From: a virus
Taxonomy: Duplodnaviria > Caudoviricetes
DNA length: 64,000 nucleotides
Virus record (IMG/VR): IMGVR_UViG_3300032007_000014
Direction: 5' to 3' (one strand)
In this document: in pieces, positions 50,874 to 60,563 of the stretch
How the letters are laid out: each line of letters begins with the position of its first letter
How positions within the stretch are numbered: the first letter of the stretch is position 1
Position numbers and translations under genes: made by a program
The notes under the pieces: model-generated
The model's database searches: none
What the model was told of the DNA's origin: nothing
Seen by the model: the letters and a program-made list of their open reading frames with translations, nothing else

Positions 50874-51851
50874 TCACTTATTGTCAAGTTCTTTTTCTCT
50901 TCTTTCAATATGTTCACGTCTCCACTGATCAGTTGGTTTGTTTCTCACATCAAGCATCTTTTTCTCGTAGTTCAAATTGGCTCTATCAATTCTGGCAAGA
51001 ATTGGAGTGAGTTTTCCAAGAGTTACGAGAACAATGCGTTTGTCTGCAAGATTTTCCTTTGTCTCTGGTTTCTTGAATAGAATGCTATCCGCCTTTTCTT
51101 CCAGAGATTCAATTTCTTTCTCTGTCGCTTCAAGACCATGCTTGATATCAAGCATTCCTTTATTAGCATTTCCTGTTATAAGAGAGATATCACCGAACTC
51201 GCTATATTTCTTCTCTTTATAATTCCTCTTATCTTCTTCGCTCATAGATTTGACGAAAGATTCAAGAAATTCGAGAGATCCAGAATCAGTCTTATAAAAG
51301 ACTTGACTTCCATAACGCAAGAATGCATCTACATTCCTGTCATTATGTCCTGTCCAGTTGTGACTCGGTGTCCTGGATTGATGTGCAACCATCAAACATT
51401 GTTCCATTGGTTTCTTCTCAGGAAGTCCAGTACATGGAATATCATCTTCAGTGGGAACCTTCTTTGTTTCTTTCAGTTTCTTCTCAAGTTCCTCACGTTC
51501 TTTGGCACTACGTTTGTTGAAGAATCCTGTAATAAACTCCACAATCTTCCTGATAATTTTCCGCATGAAGTCAAACACAGCTTTGGCACCAGTGGCAATA
51601 GCTTGTCCGATACCTTCGAGACAAGCATCTTTGTCATCCGTACGGATATTCATACTTTCGAGGGTGCCACCAATTAAGTCCATGACTTGTTCTGTGATCC
51701 CATAGGTCTCTATGTTTTCCTGAAGTGCGATGAAGTCACTTAGTTCTTCCATAGCTCTGTCCAGATCTTTGATCTCTGAAGACAGATCCAACTCTTCTGT
51801 AGTTGATAAGTCCTGAACAACAGCGACATTTTGTTCAACTTTGAATTTCAT
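50874..51851 (-). CDS. phiKZ-like internal head protein paralog
   Basis: MKFKV start, ACLE-G site, amphipathic KIIRKIVEFITGFF. Confidence 0.6.
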   Translation of the reverse strand: MKFKVEQNVAVVQDLSTTEELDLSSEIKDLDRAMEELSDFIALQENIETYGITEQVMDLIGGTLESMNIRTDDKDACLEGIGQAIATGAKAVFDFMRKIIRKIVEFITGFFNKRSAKEREELEKKLKETKKVPTEDDIPCTGLPEKKPMEQCLMVAHQSRTPSHNWTGHNDRNVDAFLRYGSQVFYKTDSGSLEFLESFVKSMSEEDKRNYKEKKYSEFGDISLITGNANKGMLDIKHGLEATEKEIESLEEKADSILFKKPETKENLADKRIVLVTLGKLTPILARIDRANLNYEKKMLDVRNKPTDQWRREHIERREKELDNK

Positions 51852-51979
51852 TTACATCATCCCCTTTGTGATGTGTTATAAAGATTTGTCATAAAATGGA
51901 CTAGCAACCATAGGCTAAAACCAACCCTTCGGACGATAATATAGCTTAAATAAACTTAAAACTTCGGAGAATTGAACTT

Positions 51980-53893
51980 ATGGCCAAACGTGATGTTGTT
52001 AGTGATAATGACAGTTCTTGGCTGAAGCAACCATATGGTGTGATCATAGGTAAGGATTATAAGACTTATGAACTCGCATTGTTGGAAGCACTCACTAAAG
52101 CACTGGCAGGATCACCTGGTTCTACTGGCTACGTCATGTCAGAAGAAGAAGCACGTAAACGTGCGAAAAACCTTATCATCCAAAATAAGCAAGAGAGGAA
52201 CGGGGGTATATCCGATCCTTATCAGTATCAATCACCTCGTGTATCTGATGCATCAGTGGGTGGTAATGATGCGATCAATCCTTACTCTGCATTTTGTTTG
52301 GATGATGACATCGTGCACGATCTTCACAAATGTTCTGGTAACATTTATGGAATGGGTCGTGTCTACAATGAAATCTACGAGTCAAAACAACAGATTCTGT
52401 ATTTGACAATGGGTGTTCCAAAATACAACAACCTTGACAAGTACTTCATGAATGCCAATGACAAGATGGTTGCCAATCTTGCTGATAATGGATACATCAG
52501 CATGGCTGTCAAACTTGGCAATCTCTTGGCAAAGGGAGTAATGCTTGCAATCGAGTTACCTTGGTTGCCGATCATCTGGGCGAAGGATCTGATGTTTGCA
52601 TCCAAGAAACTGGATGTCACGGAATACTTTTATCTGTATTCATCCATGGTGGTGTACTACAGAACTGTGAACACTCTTCTTTCTCATGTTGCAGTCAATA
52701 TGGGATTGTACGGTGCATTCGGTTCACAAAAAGGTTCCAACATGTCGACAGCTCAGCTTGCAAGATACAACAAGAATCTTCCCACCATTATGAAAGATGG
52801 TCCGGATATCTTTACGATCATCAACAAGAGAGCTGCTCGTCTTGGTAAGTCATCCAAAGTTGCAACAACAGATGATCTTATCAACAAATGTAGAGTCCAA
52901 GGAAAGAAACTGGATATCTTTGCCAAAGGTAAAGGAAGTACTTCCAATGGATCTACATGCAAAGCACCTTCTGTTTGGAACAAATTCACTGGCGCGCTCG
53001 TCAGTACTTCTCTTGCAGGAAGTGACTTCATTGGATTCCGTGTAGAAAAGAGCACAGATGCAAGTGAATCATTTTCCAACAGTACAAAAGACTCTCCACT
53101 TGGATCACAATTGAATGGTATGGTGGATGCCAACCGTCAGAGAAACATGAGCGAGTTTGCTCAAAGCAAAGGTATGGCTGCATTTGCAATGAATGCTGTC
53201 AACCAAGCAAAGAGCGCGCTTCAAGCTATGGCTGGTGGATTGAAATCATTCACTCAGTATGTGGTCACCAGTAATGGATACTTTGATCTTCCTCAGACAT
53301 GGTCGGGTTCTACCTTTTCAAGATCGTACAGTTTCAGTATGAGATTGAGAGCAAGAACTGGTGGAGATAATGTGTCGATCTTTCAATCGATTATGATTCC
53401 ACTTTGTCTGCTTATGGCAGCAACACTCCCAAGAGGTGCTGGTTCTTCAACTTACACATCTCCATTTATCGTGAGAGCATTCTGTAAAGGTATGTTCAGC
53501 ATTCCTGCTGGAATTATCACAACTCTGTCGATCAAACGAGGTGATGGTGAATTTGGTTGGAGTATCAACAGAATTCCGACTGTTATCGATGTGTCTTTCC
53601 AGATACAAGATCTCAGTCCCATTCTGTTCATCTCACTTGCTGGTGAAGGTGGGTTCTTGAAAGCTCTTAGTAACAATACAAAGTTACAAGAGTATCTCTC
53701 AACACTTTCTGGTATTGGTTTGCGCGAACGTTATTTCCGTCTTGGACAGATCAAACGCAAACTCGCAACTGCTGTGTTGATCAATAAGAACACCACATTC
53801 TCATCCACTTACTGGGGAACTGCACTGGGTGATACTGCTGTTGTCAAGATGATTACAGCAATGAGTCCTTGGGATCGCATTCCGAACAATTAA
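51980..53893 (+). CDS. phiKZ-like tail/baseplate structural protein
   Basis: GGNDAINP, GMGRVY, MGVPKYN, TYTSPF motifs. Confidence 0.55.
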   Translation: MAKRDVVSDNDSSWLKQPYGVIIGKDYKTYELALLEALTKALAGSPGSTGYVMSEEEARKRAKNLIIQNKQERNGGISDPYQYQSPRVSDASVGGNDAINPYSAFCLDDDIVHDLHKCSGNIYGMGRVYNEIYESKQQILYLTMGVPKYNNLDKYFMNANDKMVANLADNGYISMAVKLGNLLAKGVMLAIELPWLPIIWAKDLMFASKKLDVTEYFYLYSSMVVYYRTVNTLLSHVAVNMGLYGAFGSQKGSNMSTAQLARYNKNLPTIMKDGPDIFTIINKRAARLGKSSKVATTDDLINKCRVQGKKLDIFAKGKGSTSNGSTCKAPSVWNKFTGALVSTSLAGSDFIGFRVEKSTDASESFSNSTKDSPLGSQLNGMVDANRQRNMSEFAQSKGMAAFAMNAVNQAKSALQAMAGGLKSFTQYVVTSNGYFDLPQTWSGSTFSRSYSFSMRLRARTGGDNVSIFQSIMIPLCLLMAATLPRGAGSSTYTSPFIVRAFCKGMFSIPAGIITTLSIKRGDGEFGWSINRIPTVIDVSFQIQDLSPILFISLAGEGGFLKALSNNTKLQEYLSTLSGIGLRERYFRLGQIKRKLATAVLINKNTTFSSTYWGTALGDTAVVKMITAMSPWDRIPNN

Positions 53894-53911
53894 CATATCA
53901 AAGGAAAACAA

Positions 53912-54871
53912 ATGGATTACAAACCGAGTCACAGAGGTGTGGCGGATTCTTCATCTGTTCTCAAGTTGAATGACTTGATGGACAGGTATGAAAGAAATCT
54001 GGAGTGTCTGAAAGAACTCCAGATCATCCGCAAAGCCATGTTGGATGGTACGTATGACAACAGTCTTCACAGAGTTGTCAACGCATCTGAAGCACTGACA
54101 ACCATGATTGGTTGTTCACTTCCTCCTCCGAGCAATGGCTACGACAACAAAGAACTTCTTGACGTTTATGTCAAGCACATTGATGTCGCAATCGAAGGAT
54201 TGAAAGAATCGATTGTCAGTATCATCGAGACACTGTACAAGGCATTCTGCGAATGGCTCAAGGATCAATTCCTTGTTCTCAACAGATACCGCATCAAACT
54301 GCAGAAGTATCGTGCAGAGTACGTGGTGAATAAGAGTGTCATTGGAAGCAAAGACACGTTCGACAAGATCGAGCTGTTCACATATGCTTACAATGATTGG
54401 GATACTCTTGTGAAAGCAGCGAAGAACCTTTCCGTCATTCTGAGCAAGATCAAAGCAGATGATGTGAATGGTTGGGTCAATTCCAATCTTCAGAAGATCA
54501 ACGAGTATCTCGGTGAGTTCGGCGCCAGTATTGAAGGTGGGTCTTTCAAACGCGGTTCTGTGAAATATGAACGCACGAACAAACGACTCAGCGACCTTCG
54601 CTGGAGATCTGACAACTTTCAGGTCTACTTCGATATGGCTATCGATCTGCTGAAAGAAGCCATCGAAGATCAGAACACCGAGAAGATCGTCAAGACCGCG
54701 TATGCTGCGGCTCGCAAAGAAGCAGCAGAATCAGGTGACAACAAAGCGAAGGATGAACTGAAGATGGTTCTTGATCTCTTCAGATTCCATCGCAACAACG
54801 TTGCTGGAGTTGCACGCGTTCTTGCTGTTATTTATGAGACAGCAAAGAACAACAAAGGTGAAAAGAAATAA
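53912..54871 (+). CDS. phiKZ-like internal head protein paralog
   Basis: VAIE-G site followed by amphipathic helix. Confidence 0.55.
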   Translation: MDYKPSHRGVADSSSVLKLNDLMDRYERNLECLKELQIIRKAMLDGTYDNSLHRVVNASEALTTMIGCSLPPPSNGYDNKELLDVYVKHIDVAIEGLKESIVSIIETLYKAFCEWLKDQFLVLNRYRIKLQKYRAEYVVNKSVIGSKDTFDKIELFTYAYNDWDTLVKAAKNLSVILSKIKADDVNGWVNSNLQKINEYLGEFGASIEGGSFKRGSVKYERTNKRLSDLRWRSDNFQVYFDMAIDLLKEAIEDQNTEKIVKTAYAAARKEAAESGDNKAKDELKMVLDLFRFHRNNVAGVARVLAVIYETAKNNKGEKK

Positions 54872-54882
54872 AAGAAGAATAA

Positions 54883-54916
54883 CATCTACCATCCGGACTA
54901 GTCCGGATGGTAGATG
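54883..54916. terminator. bidirectional terminator, sister of 511-544
   Basis: CATCTACCATCCGGAC-TA-GTCCGGATGGTAGATG. Confidence 0.75.
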
Positions 54917-54927
54917 CTTTATTTGTT

Positions 54928-55227
54928 TTACAGAGTTGCGAAGGATCCAACCTTATTGACACGAAGTAACGCCATAGGCGCGGTCATGTCAGGTGTTGAG
55001 ATCAATCGTTCACCTGTTTGATTGTATCCACTTCTGAGTGAAATCGCTCCAGATTGGATTTTGTAATGTTGCGGATTTGACACAAAATCACCAAGGTTTT
55101 CGCCTGGTATTGCATTCACATTCGCATACAAAACACCACTTGCTGATGGAGTGGACACACTACCAGAAATCACCTCAACTGAGTTGATCAAACCAGTGGA
55201 GGTATCATATTTGCATTTCACATACAT
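54928..55227 (-). CDS. hypothetical protein (99 aa)
   Basis: AAGGAGG RBS; last gene of structural operon. Confidence 0.65.
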   Translation of the reverse strand: MYVKCKYDTSTGLINSVEVISGSVSTPSASGVLYANVNAIPGENLGDFVSNPQHYKIQSGAISLRSGYNQTGERLISTPDMTAPMALLRVNKVGSFATL

Positions 55228-55247
55228 GATGACAATCCTCCTTGTTA

Positions 55248-57446
55248 TCAGTTGAAGTGAAGACGGATTTGACGAAGATCAAATCTCTCGTTAATGATGC
55301 TGTTCGTTCCAAGTGATGTGATGACAGACATCTGCATCACATTGTTGACAGTGTTGAAAGCATATCTGAGAGAACAGAGATCCTGCAAACAGAAGATAAC
55401 TTCCTGTCCAGAGAATTCCTTGTTGGGTCCTGTTCCTCCAATCTCCAAGGGATAAATAGATCCCGTGTAAGAAAGGTTTGGACGACAAGGTGATTCCACA
55501 GTGAAGTAACATCCAGCAATCCTGTCAAAGATATCAAACGACACTCCAGTAACCTGTTGTGGTGACAAGAGTGTATCTTGGACAAGAGGTTGAAGAATGG
55601 TTCTTGACTGTGACTGGAAAGGATCAGCATCTGTGTGTTGGCTCATCATGAGATGCATCGGGTAGTTGCCAGCCCAATAGATCATCCCATCTTCATGTTC
55701 CAAAGGTTTGACATTCTGACGAGCACCATTTCCCTGTGTGGACCAGATGGTCTTTCCATCAGGCATGGTGAAATCATCGTCATCCGCATGCTCGTCATAG
55801 ACTGGCATGCTGAAGTTATCATCCGATGGATATTTCAGAGCAAGAGGATCGCTGTACAGTCTCCATCTCGAAGCATTCCCTGACTTATTTGTCACGATCA
55901 GAGTATCAGTGATGACACCATTCTGAGGAATGACAAACTTGTCAAATTTCATGCCATACTGCAGAACAACACCAGACTGTTCTCCATTGTCAACCCAGCA
56001 AAGACGAACATACACATTATCTCTCGCATCGAGAACAATGTAGTTCTTCATGTCTGTGACAGTGTTGTCATCCGCACATGCTCTGGTTTTTACACGGAAC
56101 ATTCTTGCTTTGTCAGCAGCAATGTTGGTAATGACATCGAATTCATACGACCAGTTTCTCGCAAGAGATTCAATGCGGAATGTACCAAGATCCGTAATCG
56201 AATCTTCCAGTCCATCCCACCTGTTGTCGTAGATGAATGCAATGTTGTACCAATGGAATCCTTGATCTCTCACTGAGATGATGTGTTCAACCTGAGCATA
56301 ATGGTTGTGGAACTCATCGAATGCATTCAGTCGTTTCACCAACTCGGAGATGAGAGGATGTGTGTACAGAGAGGAATCTGTCACCAATCCAGATCCTTTG
56401 ATCACGGACACCAGGTTGGCGAGATTCTTGTGAATGTCAATCACGTCTTGCGTGGAGACATGTCCACCAAATGCATGGTAGCTGATCATCACATCTCCGA
56501 CATAAGACTTCAGAACATGGATGTGTTCATACACACCACTGGTGTGAGATGAGATCTTGGTCTTTGCAAGATTGACTCCGATGATCTCGTAGTCAGTTCC
56601 TTCCACCCAAGTAGACACATTGTCAACGATGTGTCCTGACATATCCACATATCCATTGGCATTCTGACGTGAAAGAATCACACGTCTCTCTTTCGATGTC
56701 GTTGTGTTCAGTGCTTCATTCCTGGTGGACTCCGTATAAATGAAAATCTTTCCATAGAAGGATGCCAGATTCTCACGTGTGAGAGTTACAGGAGTTGTGG
56801 TGAATCCTTGAACAACAAGATCGTGTGCATAGAAAGAACCACGATCGGGACTGATGAACATCTGTCCACGAGGAACGTTGACAGTATGTCTCTCGTTCAC
56901 GATGTAGTTTGCAGATTCAAGACCAGTAAGATCTTGTTCGAGATACGTGTGGTCTTCAAGGGATGCACCGAACAGATCGGTAACACCCATACTTCTGTTT
57001 CTGAGGAACTCAATGTCCGTAAGGACTTTGGCCATCAGAGCAGGACTGTACTCAGGGCCATCGCCGTCATACAAGTATGATTCATTGAGATCGAGACGAA
57101 GACGTTGGTAATCAACAGAGATCGTCACATTGGAAGACCCATTGTTCCGTACTTTGAGAATGATGGATTTGACCAAGTTCTTATTGAATGCACTGTTTTG
57201 AAGCAATGCATCAGAAACTGCATCATAGTCGTAATCATTCTCATCAACGATCCAACCATCAGCCGCTCCATTAGAGAGCACGTCCCAAGAAGCACCATTC
57301 TTCTTTCGAACAACGATGCTGCTGAGAAATACTGGTTCATTGAAGCTGATACGCTGATCCGCTCTGCTAATAACAAAGCGAAGGTCTTCTCTCTTGAACG
57401 CGGTTTCGGACCCAGAGAGATCATATTTCACATTTGCACGTGTCAT
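55248..57446 (-). CDS. phiKZ-like baseplate/tail structural protein
   Basis: DLTG..NYIVNERH, GSFY, EGTDY, YHAFGG pattern. Confidence 0.55.
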   Translation of the reverse strand: MTRANVKYDLSGSETAFKREDLRFVISRADQRISFNEPVFLSSIVVRKKNGASWDVLSNGAADGWIVDENDYDYDAVSDALLQNSAFNKNLVKSIILKVRNNGSSNVTISVDYQRLRLDLNESYLYDGDGPEYSPALMAKVLTDIEFLRNRSMGVTDLFGASLEDHTYLEQDLTGLESANYIVNERHTVNVPRGQMFISPDRGSFYAHDLVVQGFTTTPVTLTRENLASFYGKIFIYTESTRNEALNTTTSKERRVILSRQNANGYVDMSGHIVDNVSTWVEGTDYEIIGVNLAKTKISSHTSGVYEHIHVLKSYVGDVMISYHAFGGHVSTQDVIDIHKNLANLVSVIKGSGLVTDSSLYTHPLISELVKRLNAFDEFHNHYAQVEHIISVRDQGFHWYNIAFIYDNRWDGLEDSITDLGTFRIESLARNWSYEFDVITNIAADKARMFRVKTRACADDNTVTDMKNYIVLDARDNVYVRLCWVDNGEQSGVVLQYGMKFDKFVIPQNGVITDTLIVTNKSGNASRWRLYSDPLALKYPSDDNFSMPVYDEHADDDDFTMPDGKTIWSTQGNGARQNVKPLEHEDGMIYWAGNYPMHLMMSQHTDADPFQSQSRTILQPLVQDTLLSPQQVTGVSFDIFDRIAGCYFTVESPCRPNLSYTGSIYPLEIGGTGPNKEFSGQEVIFCLQDLCSLRYAFNTVNNVMQMSVITSLGTNSIINERFDLRQIRLHFN

Positions 57447-57462
57447 AAGTTACTCCCTGAAA

Positions 57463-58752
57463 TTACGTATTTTTGTAGACGGCGTTTGCCGAGAGGATTT
57501 CTTCAAGTGCATTGATCTGCGCTTGCAATTTCGCATTCTTTCTTCTCTCCATTTCGTAGAGATAGAAGAAGTTGCGATCACTCACGTTGTCTTTCACAAC
57601 ATAGACTTCTTTGTACAGCGTTCCTTGCATCGTATCATACTGCTCAATGTTGTCAGCATCGATCGTTACAATTTCAGCTATGTGAGAGTCTGTTGGAATA
57701 TACCTGAACTTGAACCCGATGAACTCTTCAGGAGAGTTTTTGTCAATAGTGACAGCGTGTTCAGCGACACTGTCAATATCAACAATTGAATCAGTTGATT
57801 TTTCGAAATATGTATTCGAAGGAACTGTTTCACCGGGTCTCACTGTAGCGACGTCGTATCCTCCAGTGCTTGTATTGATTCTGTAATAAATCTTTTCTTC
57901 ACGGAATTTAGTGTCGCCTGTGATGAAATAAGGAGATTTTAACAGGAGAATTTCGCCGTGTTCAATAACAACGCTACCTCTGTATTTCTCCTTGTTGTCA
58001 TTTGTGATGATGGTTCGGGTTCCAGGAAGTCGTTTTGCAACAATTTCCTCATACTCACTCTTGGACATCCATTTCTCATCAGTGACGATCATGTTGATGT
58101 CACTGGAGTATACTCCATACAGAGCAAGTTTGTCTTTGATGGCTTGGAGCATCGGTTCAAGCATGGTTGCGTCATCGAATAATCCAAGTCTTATAGCAAG
58201 AGTGATATCCACGTACTGATTGATGTCCACTTCTGGGAAAGTTTTGATTGTTTGTTGCGGAACATACAACACATCTTTCTCATCAACAATATCAACCAAT
58301 TTGTAGATTGGGTAATTGGCATAAGACACATCTTCGAGGTACTGCTTGACAAGTTCGGAGTTTCCAGTTGGAGTTTTCTCGTAACGAGTTTCCATGACTT
58401 CCTGACGAACAGGAACAACCACTTCAACTCCATCAATGACTTGAGTTTCATTGACGTATTTGACAACAGGGACTTCAACTTCAGTTGTTGTCATCTCTGG
58501 TTTATACACGTCTTCTGGTCTTCCATCGAAATAAGCAGTATACTCATCCCTGGTGTATCCGAGCGGTTCAAAGAAATTCTCGAAAAGTTTCACACCAGAT
58601 TTCGCTATATCCTCAAATGATGCAATCTGTTCGAGGCGGAAAACCCCCTCTCCTTTGTGAAGACAAGGGTTCCCGCCTGCACCATGGTTAACGAACTCTG
58701 ATTTGAACTTGAAACGATAGACTCTACCGAGTACAAGTTGTTGAGTTATCAT
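57463..58752 (-). CDS. putative virion protein with multiple inserted modules
   Basis: In structural operon; shares modules with tail fibre and baseplate proteins. Confidence 0.55.
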   Translation of the reverse strand: MITQQLVLGRVYRFKFKSEFVNHGAGGNPCLHKGEGVFRLEQIASFEDIAKSGVKLFENFFEPLGYTRDEYTAYFDGRPEDVYKPEMTTTEVEVPVVKYVNETQVIDGVEVVVPVRQEVMETRYEKTPTGNSELVKQYLEDVSYANYPIYKLVDIVDEKDVLYVPQQTIKTFPEVDINQYVDITLAIRLGLFDDATMLEPMLQAIKDKLALYGVYSSDINMIVTDEKWMSKSEYEEIVAKRLPGTRTIITNDNKEKYRGSVVIEHGEILLLKSPYFITGDTKFREEKIYYRINTSTGGYDVATVRPGETVPSNTYFEKSTDSIVDIDSVAEHAVTIDKNSPEEFIGFKFRYIPTDSHIAEIVTIDADNIEQYDTMQGTLYKEVYVVKDNVSDRNFFYLYEMERRKNAKLQAQINALEEILSANAVYKNT

Positions 58753-58775
58753 GTTCGGTTCCTATGCTTGACAGA

Positions 58776-60446
58776 TTACATTCCGAATTGATTGGAAGGA
58801 TATGACTGGCGTGTGAGGATGTAGTAGGTGATTCCATCAACTGTGAATGACACCGACATCGATCCATTGTAGAGCTTCGCTCCCGCTGGTTGTGGATTTC
58901 CTTCAGTTGGATTGAAACTGATCAGTGCACCAAGCTTGTCATTGAGTTGTTCTGCAAATGCTCTTGTGACAGAGCTCTGCTTGTTCACATTGACATCTCC
59001 ATTTGGCAACGCCATGTATGTCGGATGGATTTCTCTGAGTTTGCGGTACTGTGCCGCATTGTCGGTCGACGGAATGGAGAGCAGCAAAATACTCGAAACA
59101 CTGTTCGGGAGAACTTCGAGATATTTGTCGATGTTTTCTTCGAGGTAGTTCGGATAAACTGCTCTGATCACATCTTTGAACATGGTGTAACCATAGGCCT
59201 GTGAAGGAATAATGGTTCCAGAACCATTGTCAACAAAGTGATGCCAAATCGGAACGATCATGAAGGTTGCGCTTGCGAACAAATCTGGAAGGATATCCAT
59301 CCAGTCTTCATCCACAGTACCCGTTTTCTTCAAGAGATCTTCCTTGATGGCGATACGCACTTCATCCGAGGATGGAACAGCACCCTTGTACATCGCTCCA
59401 AAATAGAGGTTGTACTGACCTTGTCCATTTCCAATGACATTGTTGATATACTGACAAAGGAACACAGATACACCAGAGTGATCCGTTTCTCTGACAGGGT
59501 TCGGAATGCCATACTCATTCATCAGATATGAAGATGCCTCAGAAAGAATGTCCGCCACATTGTCAGCATCGCTCAGTGATCTCAGAAGTGCTGGATCACA
59601 CGGATACACGATATTCGTGATATTCGAATACGGGTAGTTGTTCAGGAACGCTTCGCGTGACAGAAAAATGTGGAAGCACACGATCTGATCGTTCGAAAGA
59701 TTGACCTCGAACTCAATCCATGTTCTCAACATTGGGTTGAATGGATCAGCCATTCCGTTGAAGTACATCTCAATCGGAGCTGATGAAATGATGTAACCAG
59801 TCTTGTTGAGATAATCTTCACGATTATCAACTGTGAGTGTGACAGGTGTGGACGATCCGATGGGGAGGAAGGTCGTGTTCCGATAAGAGTCAATGTTCTC
59901 ATTTGTCAGAGTAACACGAGTTCTTACATCGGTGTCAGTTCCAAGAACATCTGCAGACACTTTCAGTGATCCAGTCAGATAGACATTCGTTCCATAGGTG
60001 TCATGGTTTGCATTGACAATGGCGTTCATTGTTGCGGCAGTTGGAAGAACGCCGTTCACATTCTGACTGTACACACAATACTCGATGATGTTGAACAGAT
60101 ACTTCAGTTCAGCATCCGTGAGTGTCGCTGCAGAAAGATCAGTCGATCCGATTTTTGTTCCATCGAAATGGAGTGACATCACACCGTCCGGACGTCCAGT
60201 ACGAGAAGTGTCACCAAGAAGAGGATCATTCGGAGCGACTTCTGAACTATCAGTACTGATAGCAACCAGACGGTTCGCTCTGCGATCAACGATGGTGGAT
60301 GGCTCAACGAAGTAGTTGACCATCTGATCATCCATGTACATGAATCCTTGATCTTTATCTGCAAGTGCACCCATACCTCTTGTACGACGATGCAGAGCTG
60401 TGTCATCAAGGAACGCGTAAATGGTAGTCGTTGCTGTAGTAGCCAT
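58776..60446 (-). CDS. putative virion structural protein (556 aa)
   Basis: First gene of operon, late-type motif 60509-60519. Confidence 0.55.
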   Translation of the reverse strand: MATTATTTIYAFLDDTALHRRTRGMGALADKDQGFMYMDDQMVNYFVEPSTIVDRRANRLVAISTDSSEVAPNDPLLGDTSRTGRPDGVMSLHFDGTKIGSTDLSAATLTDAELKYLFNIIEYCVYSQNVNGVLPTAATMNAIVNANHDTYGTNVYLTGSLKVSADVLGTDTDVRTRVTLTNENIDSYRNTTFLPIGSSTPVTLTVDNREDYLNKTGYIISSAPIEMYFNGMADPFNPMLRTWIEFEVNLSNDQIVCFHIFLSREAFLNNYPYSNITNIVYPCDPALLRSLSDADNVADILSEASSYLMNEYGIPNPVRETDHSGVSVFLCQYINNVIGNGQGQYNLYFGAMYKGAVPSSDEVRIAIKEDLLKKTGTVDEDWMDILPDLFASATFMIVPIWHHFVDNGSGTIIPSQAYGYTMFKDVIRAVYPNYLEENIDKYLEVLPNSVSSILLLSIPSTDNAAQYRKLREIHPTYMALPNGDVNVNKQSSVTRAFAEQLNDKLGALISFNPTEGNPQPAGAKLYNGSMSVSFTVDGITYYILTRQSYPSNQFGM

Positions 60447-60563
60447 GTTTACGCACTAGCTCCTATAGTTGTTTTAAGTGATTTTAACCTGAGTTTTGCT
60501 TCAAATTGCATAGGATGTTCCTAGACAATTCTATGTAAAATGGCTTATATAAGGAGATAAAAT

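Noticed and set aside
23116-58464. DGR template/variable repeat pair for the 56-bp shared segment
   Set aside because: Mismatches are not confined to adenines, both copies are coding, and there is no reverse transcriptase in the window
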